Assembly: GCF_009914755.1 (NCBI RefSeq) | Contig: NC_060925.1 | DNA from: the human T2T-CHM13v2.0 reference genome, Homo sapiens | Direction: 5' to 3' (one strand) | DNA length: 64,000 nucleotides | Shown: positions 13,396 through 28,020 of the stretch, one piece after another | Layout of the letters: each line of letters starts with the position of its first letter | Numbering within the stretch: the first letter of the stretch is position 1 | Notes under the pieces: generated by a model | What the model saw: the letters and a program-made list of their open reading frames with translations, nothing else | Told to the model about the DNA's origin: nothing | Databases searched by the model: none | Made by a program: the position numbers and the translations under genes

Positions 13396-16300
13396 TACAA
13401 TTTAGTGGTGAACTCATAAAGGGATACCCCTCGTAGGCATCTGCCTGTGGCTCGGTGACCTCTTAGCATTTCAGAGGCCCGGAGATGAGTCCAAGTGGCT
13501 GCCTGGCTTCTTTAAGCCAGGGGCTGTCTCTGGTGCCTCCCTTGCCAGCAAGGCATTACCGACCTTCACATAAGCTTGCTTGGAGTACAGAAACAGTTTC
13601 TGAATCTGAAAGACTTCTCCGGTAAGTGTTGCCAAGGGCAATCGACATCCCTTTTGCCTTCTCCTGATCTGTTGGCCTCCTTAAAGGTCGTGTTCCCTCT
13701 TCAGAAGTCCTGCTGACCCTTCCCAATCTGTAAAAAGGGCCCTGTTTAAGGGGAATTTCCCCAACTGGAAGGAGAATAAAGGGCAACATTTGGGGGAAGT
13801 ACTCCTGGGCGATTTCGTTTCAGTTATGAAACCTGGTTTTAGAGTTCTGACTTATCAGGGTCTCATGTCTGTTCTTATCTTGTCCTGTTTGTGTGTGGGG
13901 AACCCAGAAGGAAACATTAGCAGAAGTTCAATGTGCCTAACGGGTGGAAAGGGGGGTCTGTTTTATCTGTTTTGCTAGGTTAAAACTTGGATATTGAGCC
14001 AAGTAACTGGTGTTTGTCTTTGTTATGCGTATATTGTAATTTTGTCTTGGTCGATACGGGAAATACTAACTTAATCCCTCCTACATCAAGCAGCCCCTTG
14101 GATTGTATCTTGCAAAACTGGGCAGCTTTCACCTATGAACCCATGAAAACAAAGAAAATGGTTTTCTTTCATAATCAGCAAGCAGGGTGATCAAAGCTCT
14201 GCTCTTTTGGAAGCCACAGTTTAAGAGAATCCAGGAACCTGACAAGCTGGCAACAGGGTAGTAAGAATCATTTACCAGTCAGGTTCCTGATCTCTCTGTG
14301 TGAAATCTGGCTGAGCAAAAGGTAAAAAATCACTGTCTCCTGCAAGGTTTTGATTAATAGGAGAAAAAGATGTGTATGACTAGTCTTGGGAAATATTGAC
14401 TGCAGTGTACTTTTTGGTTTATGAATATTCATATTGTTCCCTTTCTTTCCAGAAATAATCTTTTCTTTGTCTTTCTGTGTTCTTCATAAAGGGGAGGTAC
14501 TAACTGAGGGTTCCTCTCATCTTGTTTTATGTCCTTGAAAACTTGACCTGTGACTGAGTGGGAGCTCTATGAAACAGAACAATTCCTTTATACTATATAC
14601 TCTGGTTTCAACAGTTACTTCATTTTGTTCTTCTTCTACATTGGCTACCTTCTTGGAGACCACAGGTTGCGGAGGCATTTTATATTGCCCTGACATAATT
14701 TTCCGCTTTTGTGGGTAGCTTCGAGGCTAGTGACCTGAGCTCACACAGACCCACATCTGAGCTTTCTCTAGCCTTAAGGTCCAACCCAGCAATCCCTTTT
14801 ACTTTCATTTTAGCCATTATAGGTAACAATAACCAAGGAATTGAATATTACGCTTTTTTCATATTAGTTTGCATTTCCTTATGCATCCAGTGAACCAGCT
14901 CCCCAGAAGTTGTATCCATCTCCAAATTCACTGTAACTTTTACGTTTAGTAACTGGGCATAGCCTAGCTGCAGTTCCATGCCATGGATGACCACATGGTC
15001 ACCCAGGAATCAAAGGTTCCTTATCCTCCATCCTTTTATTTTATAGATTAATATCATCAGCTCCCTAAAGAACCTGTATTGAAATGGATTGTAAGAGTAA
15101 CTAATCTGGGAGCAGTGTCTTTGGTTTCAAAATGCTGCAGAGTGAAAGAACATGTTTGGGTTCGTACGGTACCCACTGCTCACTATTAAACAATTGCAAA
15201 TGGTTATACATGATCCAGAAAAACAGGACATTATTAGTGAGGAAAGACTTAGCCTAATGAACTGGATAAAAGCCACTGTAAGGTCTCTTTACCCTGAGAA
15301 AAGGGACTGTGCGACTCCACCTATAACTGCCAAGTGGAGTACCCCAGATGAAGCAGCTAATGTGGTTTGTATGCAAGCCATATGGGACTGGCATTATGAT
15401 GACAGGGATATTCACCCCTTGAATATGCCCATTACCCAGGTCATGGTCAGCTTCTCCTCATGGTTCTTACAGATGCTAACAGAAAATATTAGGTTAGTTA
15501 ACAAGGGAATGGTGAAGGGTAGAGGGGAGGATCAAAGGACTTATCCCAGGACGATGGGAAGTTTTAACAGTTATCAAGAAATATAATGAATGAAGAAAAC
15601 ATTGATAGGAGTAAAAATAAGGGGAAAAGAAAAGGGGAGAGTCATGGGTCTCATCCCAGCAGAGTGAAAATCTTTAGACAGTTATTAAGAAATTGAATGA
15701 ATAAAATGGAAATTGATGGGGTTGAAATAAAGGCCTTAATTGCTGGTTCCCCCAATATTAAAGGGTACCAAATCAGTTTTCTGTACTTACCCCAATTGGA
15801 GACATCTTTTAAAAAATCAGAAGACAAAGATCAGAATGAGAAAACTGACCAAAAACTGCCTGGGGATGATGTTGAGGTGATTAATCAACACAAAGATTGA
15901 CTAAAAAGCCTTGGTCCCTTAGCTAAACCCTCTGCTGGGAACCCAAATCCCTTTTCACAGGAGAGGGTAAAATGGTCTGGGAGTGAAGAGAAATTCCCAG
16001 GACCAGAACATAAAATGTAAGGGTGGATAGGATTATCAAAGTTGAAATGTTTATATAGGATTTTTGTAAAGTAATTGTGTATTCTTTACCTAAATGTCTT
16101 ATGAAAATGGATATTGTATCTGACTAGGGGATGTTTCCTCTACCTAGTACTATAAAACTGAAGGCACACAAATCTGCCCTTCAAGCTATAATTAACTGGA
16201 CATACTAAAATGGGAACCAGTAAGACTGCCTGAGCCCACAGAATACAGAATAGAAGCTGGAGTGCTGGTAGGAACAAATTCTCCATGTGATAGCCTTTTG

Positions 16301-17651
16301 TGGAATGCAAAAGTCTGTGAGCACATCCCAGTGATGACTACTGTGACTCTGAACTAGAGAATTTTCACTTAAGAGGCATTTACTGCCTTGTTATAGGACA
16401 TTAACTGAAGACATTCTATGATGGAAGGACATAAAATGATCATGACATCTGAAATACCCATGCTCTTTGGGGCAATGTCAGAAACAGTCTAATTGGGGTC
16501 AGCAGTGCCCAGAAGAGTTCCACAATAAAATGGAGATACTTTGTATATGATCATGCTACTTGGGAAATTCAAGGAGGAGACACTCATGAGCAGGGAGCCT
16601 CTTTTTCCCCAGGACTGACTCTGAAACTGTGTGAGAAGCTGCAGGATTCTACAGTGCCCATTAAACAGCTCTTACCTGACTGACAAAGAGCTGCCTGGTT
16701 TATGAATGGCAATTCCAAGGTGAACAGACAACAATCTGTTTGGAAGTCTGCTACTCTGACTGAAGAGGAGTCAAGAAAACTTTTTTTTCTTTTGAGCTAT
16801 TTATAGCTTATGACAAGTAAAGTATATCTTTATGAGCAAAATTTGCCTTTCTACCTGAGTTCTCACAATTGTGGAAACTTCCTTCATAAGTATTCTTATT
16901 TTATGGCAATATAGTTATTTGCATACATTCAATAAGAATCTGCTTTCTTTGGTAGCAGGACACAATTGGAGATGCTAGCTACTTTACCAAGGCTTTGCCT
17001 GGATTGGCATATTTTTAGATATGACCAGACTGCTTTGAGGAGTTGACATTGACTTTACAGAGCCAATAAAAGCACCTCGGAAAGACTAGCCTTCCATCTT
17101 GTCTATGTAGTTTCTTTATAGTGTTCCTCACCTGCGATAAGTAAAAAATGTTACTTTCAACAGATCCAGAAACCTCAAGTTATTCTGGGACCTCCACAAG
17201 AGATGAGTGGAGGTCCCAAAATAACCCAATTCATATAGGTATCTGTAGGCATGGATAAATCCTTGGTTTAGCTAACCTTAAGGCTTTTAAAAAGTCTAAA
17301 CTAAGATTCCTTATGGAAAAGTTTCTGCAAAGTCAACTTAAAAGAGCCTATATGGCCAACGAATATTCTTGCCATACTTTATGCAAATAGTCAGGCAAAG
17401 TATAACACTTATTTTGCAAATAAATTGGTCCTACTATAATTTGTCTTTGGTAGAAATGGAATACTAGAGATAAAAATTTTGTTTCAAAAGAAACTATAGT
17501 ATACCTGTTACTAGATTCTAGTCTTAGTCTTGTCTATTACTTTTGAGTTTTTATTGTTTTCTACAATTTGAACTAAACCTGAATTCTTCCCTGGCTACAA
17601 GTCTTCAAACTAAGATTTTCAAAAATTTCTTCCATTTTTCTGACTTGAACT
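13390..17651 (+). mobile_element. MER4-group (LOR1-like) ERV internal region, degenerate
   Basis: Begins with an LTR-end-like tatggttaca; gag matrix-like SPLDCILQNW...KKMVFF (ORF 13987..14190); MER4-int-like 3' segment 16780-17650. Confidence 0.75.
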
Positions 17652-18125
17652 CTGTTCCAGACAGAAATATAGTTATAACTAAGCATTAATAGGCTATACT
17701 TTGGCCCATTTCCTTGTTGCTAAAGTCACATAGCACTACATGCTGACCATTTACATCCCCACTGTTCTTACAGACAGGATCTCTGACATTAGAATCATAA
17801 GGATTTTGCTTAAGGATCATTGAAAATGTTTTTCAGACCCTGAGTTGCAGTGAAACAGCTGATGCCAACCAGTCAGAAGACCCTCATAGAGGAATGAAAT
17901 CAGCATGAGAATACAGCTTCTTCATCATCCTGTCCCATTACTTCACCTTACACTCTGACCAATCAACAATCTCCACACTTCAGCCCAGTCCAAAACCCTT
18001 AAAAACTCTAGCCCCAAACTTCTCAGGGAGATGGATTTGAGGTTTTCTCTCATCTCCTAGTTTGGTGACCCCCAGATTAAACCTTTTTCTCTGCTGCAAA
18101 AAAAAAAAAAAAAAAAAAAAAAAAA
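17652..18125 (+). mobile_element. MER4-group (LOR1-like) LTR, U3-R only, ending in an A28 tail
   Basis: gacagaaatatagttata...gaccaatc...cttaaaaa...ATTAAA (18076-18081), followed by poly(A) 18098-18125. Confidence 0.8.
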
Positions 18126-18602
18126 GGAAACAGAGAAAATAAAGATTCATGAAAGTTATATCTTTAGGATAGTCTAAGGCATATGATATATATTTTAACA
18201 CTTACATAATCCATCCAAATGATAAACAAATATAAAAAAGAAGTTTATAAAACATCAGTCTAGTTGGGGCAGTGAAAATAGGTTTTCTGCCCCAAAGTCT
18301 CTCCTTTGATTATTCTAGAATCAATATGACAGACATTTCCTTTTTTATTCTTACTTCAGTGTATGTGTACACACACAAAACATGAAGAAGAATTAGACCA
18401 TTTTATGTGGAAGCATCTAATATAAAGCCTACCATGAAAGCAATTAATGTTTATCCTTTGTTGTTTACTCATTCATAACACTGGTGAAAAAAACCTACCC
18501 AACATCAAATATCAATAGTTTGATAAACTTTTTTTTATAGTTGCTTGATGAACTATAATCAAACAACTTTGGATTTGCATTAGGAAGCCAGGAATTCTAC
18601 TA

Positions 18603-18788
<186 letters not shown>

Positions 18789-19234
18789 TCACGTATTATA
18801 AAAGTAATAACTTCAATACTACTACTTTAAAATAATTTATAGATTATAAATTATTATAGAGAACCTGGCCATAGACTCTTAGTAAAATAAACTATTAGAT
18901 ATAATTAGGCTTAGAAAAATACAAGGCAGTGATTTTCTGTGAACTAGACAAACAAAATAACAAAAGGAACATAAAATCTTTTTCAGACTCTCTAGGCAAG
19001 ACAGCATATTCAGAGATTCTGTTTTAAAACAGTATTTCTGATATAAAATATATAAAGTCTTTAGCATTATTAAATGTAAGAATCCATACCATCATAAATA
19101 AATCATTTTCTTGACCATACCCACAAATGCTAACTTTTTTTCAGCTAGGGACAAGACACAATATTGATATGTTCAGATTCAGTTGTTCTGGTGGTAACTA
19201 TATAGAAGGTAAAAGCAAAAAAAAAGTGAGATCT

Positions 19235-19552
<318 letters not shown>

Positions 19553-19649
19553 TTAAGATCTATATGAGGAATTTTGAGGAACAAATGAATACATTTTATA
19601 CTTAAGTTAGTGCACTAAAAAACAATAATTAGCCAACACCTCCCTCCTT

Positions 19650-20160
19650 TTAAAGTTAGCCCAGGAGATTCACTGGGAACCCATTAAGAAACCATTATTA
19701 AGAGTTTGGAAACAATTACCTAGTTACACGGATTCAGGGTACCAGGAAGAGATATAAAGACATAGAATTAGGTTCAAAGTGAAGAGTCAACCTAGTGTCA
19801 AAAGACTGTCAAGCAAATGCTCCCATGCAAGGTTCTTTTGAAAAAGAGAAAGATGAACAAGCAGCCACTGTGTAGAATTATTTTGTGTTAAAGATGGCTA
19901 ATTTTTGTTGGAAGACATCAAGGAATTAGAAGGGCAGGAGTGGGGATCTCAGAGCAATGTCCTGTAAGCTTATTATCCATATGTAGATGATTTCTCCCGA
20001 AACCATTCCAGCAGAATGACTTAGATATTATTCCCAGCTATATATTCAACCCCAAATCTGGTTCTCCTGGGGTTCTACAAGCTATGTAATAGCTTTTAAT
20101 AAATTCCTTTTCTGTTTAAATTTGCTAGAGTGCCTTCTAATGTTTACAAGAAGAACTCTA
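19650..20160 (+). mobile_element. MLT1-type MaLR LTR, degenerate
   Basis: 3' motif aataaattccttttctgtttaa...gctagagtg...aagaactcta; 5' boundary uncertain. Confidence 0.45.
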
Positions 20161-20435
20161 GCAGTATTCTGTCCCTTTATTTCTTCCTTATTTGGGTTTT
20201 TTTTTTTTTTGGTTCCTACCTTTTAAGTCCTTTAATTTTATTATATTTTTATATAGTTTTAGCTGCACATCAGAAGGCATAGAGAGAAAGGTCAATACAG
20301 AGAAAAACTCTAAAAAGACCTCTAGTTTGCTTCCAATTATTTGCAATTATGAGTAAAACTGCTATAAACATTCAAGTGCAGCTTTTTGTGTGAACATGTT
20401 TTCAACTCATTTGGGTAGATATCTAGAGGCATAAG

Positions 20436-23400
20436 GAGGGGCCAAGATGGCTGAACAGAAACAGCCTCAGTCTGCAGCTCCCAGTGAGACCAACGCAAAA
20501 GGTGGGTGATTTCTGCACTTCCAACTGAGGTACCCAGTTCATCTCACTGGGACTGGTTAGGCAGTGGGTACAACCCATGGAGAGCAAGCAGAAGCGGGGT
20601 GGCGGGGGCGTCGCTACACCCAGGAAGTGCAAGGAGCTGGGGGACCTCCCTCACTCAGCCAAGGGAAGCTGTGAGGGACTGTGCTACCTGGCCCGGGTAC
20701 TATGCTTTTCCCACAGTTTTTGCAGTCCGCAGATCAGGAGAATCCTTGGTGAGCCTACAACACCTGGGCCCTGGATTTCAAGCACAAAACTGGGTGGCTG
20801 TTTGGGCAGGCACCGAGCTAGCTGCAGAAGTGTTTTTCTTACCCCAGGTGCCTGGAATCCCAGTGAGACAGAACTGTTCACTGCCCTGGAAAGGGGGCGG
20901 AAGCCAAGGAGCCAAGTGGTCTCACTCAGTGAGTCCCACTCTTATGGAGCCCAGCAAGCTATGAACCACTGGCTTGAAATTCTCACTGCCAGCACAGCAG
21001 TCTGGAGTTGATCTGGGATGATCGAGCTTGGTTGGGGGAGGTGGGTCTGCCATCAGTGAGGCTGTAGTAGGTAGTTTTCCCCGGACAGTGCTAAGGAGAC
21101 TGGGAGGTTTGGACTGGGTAGAATTCACCACAGTGTGGCAAAGTGGCTGAGGCCAGACTGCTTCTCTATATGCCTCCTCACTGGGCAGGGCATCTAAGAA
21201 GGAAATGCAGCAGCCTTAGGGGCTTACAGATAAAACTCTCATCTCCCTGGGATAGAGAACCTGGCAGGAGGGGTGGCTGTGGGCACAGCTTCAGCAGACT
21301 TAATCTTTCCTGCCTGCTGGCTTTGATGAGAGCAGCTGATCCTGACAAGGGAAATTCTCCCAGCACAGCACACCAGCTCTGCTAAGGGATAGACTGCCTC
21401 CTCAAGTGGGTCCCTGACCCCCATGCCTCCTGACTGGGAGAGACCTCCCAACAGGGGTTGATAGACACCTCATAAAGGAGATCTCTGGCTGGCATCAGGC
21501 CAGTGCTCCCTCTGGGACGAAGCTTCCAGGGGAAGGAGCAGGCAGTAATCTTTGCTGTTCAGCAGCTTCCACTGGTAATACCCAGGAGGACGGGGTCTGG
21601 AGTGGAATTGCAGCACACTGCAGCAGACCTGCAGAAGAGGTGCCTGGCTGTTGATACAAAAACTAACACACAGAGAGCAACAACAACAACATCAACAAAA
21701 AACACCACCCCCCCCCAAAAAAAACCCATACAAGGGTCATCAGCCTCAAAGATCAAAGGATAAATCCATGAAAATGAGAAAAAAACCAGCGCAAAAATGC
21801 TGAAAATCCCAAAACCCAGAATACCTCTTCTCCTCCAAATGATCGCAAGTCCTCTCCAGCAAGGGCACAAAACTGGATGGAGAATGAGATTGACGAAATG
21901 CCAGAAGTAGGCATCAGAAGGTGGGTAATAACAAACTCCTCTGAGTTAAAGGAGCATGTTCTAACCCAATGCAAGGAAGCTAAGAACCTTGATAAAAGGT
22001 TACAGGAACTGATAACTAGAATAACCAGTTTAGAGAGAAACATAAATGACTTGATGGAGCTGAAAAACACAGCATGAAAACTTCGTGAAGCACATACACA
22101 AGTATCAATAGCCAAATCGATCAAGCAGAATAAAGATTAGAGATTGAAGATCACCTTGCTGAAATAAGGCGTGAAGACAAGATTAGAGAAAAAAGAATGA
22201 AAAGGAACAAACAAAGCCTCCAAGAAATATGGGACTATGTGAAAAGATCAAACCTATGATTGACTGGTGTACCTGAAAGTGACAGGGAGAATGGAACCAA
22301 GTTGGAAAACACACTTCAGGATATTATCCAGGAGAGCCTCCCCAGCCTAGCAAGACAGGCCAACATTCAAATTCAGGAAATACAGAGAACACCACTAAGA
22401 TACTCCTCGAGAAGATAAATCCCAAGACACATAATCATCAGATTCTCCAAGGTTGAAACAAAGGAAAAAATGTTAAGAGCAGCCAGAGAGAAAGGTCAGG
22501 TCAACTACAAAGGGAAGCCCGTCAGACTAACAGCGGATCTCTCTGCAGAAATTCTACAAGCCAGAAGAGAGTGGGGACCAATATTCAACAATTTTAAGGA
22601 AAATAATTTTCAACACAGAATTTAATATCCAGCCAAACTAAGCTTCATAAGCAAAGGAGAGATAAAAACCTTTCCAGACAAGCAAATGCTGAGGGATTCT
22701 GTCACAACCAGGCCTGCCTTAAAAGAGCTCCTGAAGGAAGCATTAAATATGGAAAGGAAAACCCAGTACCAGCCACTGCAAAAACACACCAAAATATAAC
22801 GACCAATGACACTGAAGAAACTACATCAACTAATGTGCAAAATAACCAGCTACCAGCATGATGACAGGATCAAATTCACATATAACAATATTAACCTTAA
22901 ATGTGAATGGGCTAAATGCCTCAATTGAAAGACACAGACTGGCAAATTGGATAAAGAGTCAAGACCCATTGGTGTGCTGTATTCAGGAGACCTATCTCAC
23001 ATGCAAAGACACAGGCTCAAAATAAAGGAATGGAGGAATATTTACCAAGCAAATGGAAAAAAAAAAAAAAGCAGGGATTGCAATTCTAGTCTCTGATAAA
23101 ACAGACTTTAAACCAACAAAGATCAAAAAAGACAAAGAAGGGCATTACATAATGGTAAAGGGTTCAATGCAACAAAAAGACCTAACTCTCCTAAATATAT
23201 ATGCACCCAATACAGGACCACCCAGATTCACAAAACAAGTTCTTAGAGACCTACACTACAAAGAGACTTAGATTCCCACACAATAATAGTGGGAGACTTT
23301 AATACCCCACTGTCAATATTAGGCAGATCAATGAGACAGAAAATTAACAAGGATATTCAGGACTTGAACTCAGCTCTGGATCAAGTGTACCTAATAGACA

Positions 23401-26400
23401 TCCACAGAACTCTCTACTCCAAATAAACAGAATATACATTTTTCTAAGTGCCACATGGCACTTATTCTAAAATCGACCACATAATTGGGAGTAAAACAAT
23501 CCTCAGCAAATGCAGAAGAATGGAAATCATAACAAACAGTCTCTCAGACCACAGTGCAATCAAATTAGAACTCAGGACTAAGAAACTCACTCAAAACCAC
23601 ATAACTACATGGAAACTGAACAACCTGGTCCTGAATGACTGCTGGGTAAATAAAAAAATTAAGGCAGAAGTAAAGAAGTTCTTTGAAACCAATGAGAACA
23701 AAGAGACAACATACCAGAATCTCTGGGACACAGCTTAAGCAGTGTGTAGAGGGAAATTTATAGCACTAAATGCCCACATCAGAAAGGTGGAAAGATCTGA
23801 AACTGACACCCTAACATCAAAATTAAAAGAACTAGAGAAGCAAGAGCAAACAAAGTCAAAAGCCAGCAGAAGACAAGAAATAACTAAGATCAGAGCAGAA
23901 ATGAAGGAGATAAAGACACAAAAAACTCTTCCAAAAATCAATGAATCTAGGAGCTGTTTTTTCAAAAAAATTAACAAAATAGACTGCTAGCTAGATTAAT
24001 AAAGAAGACAGAAAAATCAAATTGACACAATAAAATATAATAAAGGGGATACCACCACTGATCCCACAGAAATACAAACTACCATCAGAGAATACTACAA
24101 ACACCTCGAAGCAAATAAACCAGAAAATCTATAAGAAATGAATAAATTCCAGGACACATACACCCTCCCAAGACTAAACCAGGAAGAAGTAAAATGGCTG
24201 AATAGACCAATAACAAGTTCTGAAATTTAGGCAGTAATTAATAGCTTACCAACCAAAAAAAGAAAAAGGCCAGGAACAGATGGATTCACTGCAGAATTCT
24301 ACCAGAGGTACAAAGAGGAGTGGGTACCATTATTTCTGAAACTATTCCAAGCAAGAGAAAAAGAGGGACTCCTTCCTAACTCATTTTATTAGGCCAGCAT
24401 CATCCTGATACCAAACCTGGCAGAGACACAACAAAAAAAAGAAAATTTCAGGCCAATTTCCCTGATGAACATCAATGTGAAAATCATCAATAAAATACTG
24501 GCAAGCTGAATCCAGCAGCATATCAAAAAACTTATCCACCACAACCAAGTCGGCTTCATCCCTGGGACGCAAGGCTGGTTCAACATATGCAAATCAATTA
24601 ATGTAATCCATCACATAAACAGAACCAAGGACAAAAACTACATGATTATCTCAATAGATGCAGAAAAGGCCTTCGAAAAAATTCAACATCTTTTTATGTT
24701 AAAAACTCTCAATAAACTAGGTACTGATGGAACATATCTCAAAATAATAAGAGCTATTTATGACAAACCCATAGCCAATACCATATTGAATGGGCAAAAG
24801 CTGGAAGGATTCCCTTTGAAAACCATCACAAGACAAGGATGCCCTCTCTCACCACTCCTATTCAACATAGTATTGGAAGTTCTGGCCAAGGCAATCAGGC
24901 AAGAGAAAGAAGTAAAGGGTATTCAAATAGAAAGTGAAGAAGTCAAATTGTCTCTGTTTGCAGATGACATGATTGTATATTTAGAAAACCCCATCGTGTC
25001 AGCCTAAAAACTCCTTAAGCTGATAAGCAACTTCAGCAAAATTCTCAGTATACAAAATCCATGTACAAAAATCACAAGCATTCCTATACACCAACAACAG
25101 ATAAGCAGAGAGCCAAATCATGAGCGAACTTCCATTCACAATTGCTACAAAGAAAATGAAACACCTAGGAATACAACTTACAAGGTATGTGAAGGACCTC
25201 TTCGAGGAGAACTACAAACTGCTTCTCAAGAAAATAAGAGAGGACACAAACAAATGGAAAAACATCCCATCCTCATGGATAGGAAGAAAAAAATGGCCAT
25301 ACTGCTCAAGGTTTATAAATTCGATGCTATTCCCATCAAGCTAGCATTGATTTTTTTCACAGAACTAGGAAAAATACTTTAAATTTCATATGGAACAAAA
25401 AAAGAGCCCATATAGCCAAGACAGTTCTAAGCAAAAAACAAAACAAAACAAAAAAAAACCCAAAGCATCATGCTACCTGACTTCAAACTATACTACAAGG
25501 CTACAGTAACCAAAATAGCATGGTACTGGTATCAAAACAGGGATAAAGACCAATGGAACAGAACAGAGACTCAGAAATAACACCACACATCTACAACCAA
25601 CTAACCTTCGACAAATCTGACAAAAACAAGAAATGGGGAAAGGATTTCCTATTTAATAAATGGTGCTGGGAAAACTGGTTAGCCATTTGTAGAAAACAGA
25701 AACTGGACCCCTTCCTTACACCTTATCCAAATGTGAACCCAAGATGGATTAAAGACTTAAATGTAAAACCCAAAGCCATAAAAACCCTAGAAGAAAACCT
25801 AGGCAATACCATTCAGGACATAGGCATGGACAAGGACTTCATGACTAAAACACCAAAAGCAATGGAAACAAAAGCTAAAATTGACAAATGGGATCTAATT
25901 AAACTAAAGAGCCTCTGCACAGCAAAAGAAACTAACATCAGAGTGAACAGGAAACCTACAGAATGGGAGAAAATTTTTTGCAATCTACCCATCTGACTAA
26001 GGTCTAATATCCAGAATCCACAAGGAACTTAAACAAATTTACAAGAGAAAAAACAAACAACCCCTTCAAATAGTGGGCAAAGGATATGAACAGACACTTC
26101 TCAAAAGAAGACATTTATGCGGCCAAGAAACACATGAAAAGAAGCTCATCATCGGTCATTAGAAAAATGCAAATCAAAATCACAATGAGATACCATCTCA
26201 CGCCAGTTAGAATGGTGATTATTAAAAAGTTTTGGCAGATGCTGCTCAGGCTGTGGAAAAATTGGAATTGGTTTAACTATTGTGGAAGACGGTGTGGCGA
26301 TTCCTCAAGGATCTAGAACCAGAAATACCATTTGATCCAGCAATCCCATTACTGGGCATATACCCAAAATATTATAAATCATTCTACTATAAAGACACAT

Positions 26401-26890
26401 TAACACATAGGTTTATTACAGCACTATTTACAATAGCAAAGACTTGGAACCAACCCAAATGCCCATCAGTGATAGATTGGATAAAGAAAATGTGGCACAT
26501 ATACATCACGGAATAATATGTAGCCATAAAAAAGAATGAGTTCCTGTCCTTTGCAGTGATATGAATGAAGCTAGAAGCCATCATTCTCAACAAACTAACA
26601 CAGAAACAGAAAACCAAACACCACATGTTCTCACTCATAAATGGGGACTGAACAATGAGAACACATGGACACAGGGGAGGGAACATCACACATCAGGGCC
26701 TGTCAGGGGGTGGGGGACAAGGGGAGGGAGAGCATTAGGACAAATATCTAATGCATGTAGGGCTTAAAACCTAAATGAGGGGTTGATAGGTGCAGCAAAC
26801 CACCATGGCACATGTATATCTATGTAACAAACCTGCACTTTCTGCACATGTATCACAGAACTTAAAGTAAAATTAAACAAACAGACAAAC
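20436..26890 (+). mobile_element. Near full-length L1 (L1PA8-like), antisense in KIFAP3 intron 2, inactive
   Basis: 5'UTR gggccaagatggc; ORF1 ~21774-22799 and ORF2 from 22861 with many stops and frameshifts; 3'UTR ggagagcattaggacaaatatctaatgcatg. Confidence 0.95.
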
Positions 26891-27200
26891 CCAGAAACAC
26901 ATCTTTTATGGTTGATTTCACAAGTTAGTAGTTCATAATCTATTATATTCATTTTCTAAATGGGATAAATTAGAATATGTATGTTACAACAGGTTCCTAT
27001 TAAGCTTACAAAAATCTCATTTTTTCCTAGGATTAATATACTCCATACTTACAGTTTAATATAATCTCTCCTTCACTAAGATGAAGTATGCCTGGAAGAA
27101 TGCCATAATTAATCACCTATGCTGATCAAAATAATATCAGATTTGTATAAAGTTTATATAATGTTCACTACTTTCAAAATGTGCACAAATAAAGAACTTA

Positions 27201-27365
<165 letters not shown>

Positions 27366-27746
27366 TTAAAATTCTCAAAGTGGCCATGGTTTTTATCTAT
27401 TTTTAGGTCTATAACGTGGGTTGGATTAACATGTGCATTTGAATCAGATTACTCTTGACTTGGGATTAGAGATAACTCTTTTTCTCTGTTTTATATACAT
27501 ATATATGTATATATGTGTGTATATATACACATATAAATGTATACATATAACTTTGTCATGCATAAAGTATCTTTATAAATAGTTCTACCTAAGAAAAAAA
27601 ATACATTTACCAAAGAATCATGCATAAGAGCAAGTGAATGAAACATAAACAAGTAAGACAGCTTTGGAGAGAATGACCTCAACTAAAAGTCAGTTATTCA
27701 AAACCAAAGGCAACTGCCTTAAAATTTATATTAAAAGAAAAAGTCA

Positions 27747-28020
27747 GGCCAGACATGATGGCTCACACCTGTAATCCCAGTGACTTGGGAGACCAACATG
27801 GGAGAAACACTTTAGGTCAGAAGTTTGAGACCAGCCCAGGTAACATAGCGAGACTCTGTTTCTACAAAAAATTTAAAAACTAGCCGGGCATGGTGGCAGG
27901 TGTCTGTAGTCCTAGCTAATTGCAGGCTGAGGCGGGAGGATCACTTGAGCCCTCTGATGGTGCCACTGCACTACAGCCTGGGCAATAGAACGAAACTCTG
28001 TCTCCATTAAAAAAAAAAAA
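27747..28020 (+). mobile_element. AluJ with right-arm deletion
   Basis: Diverged Alu with gatcacttgagcc diagnostics. Confidence 0.9.
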
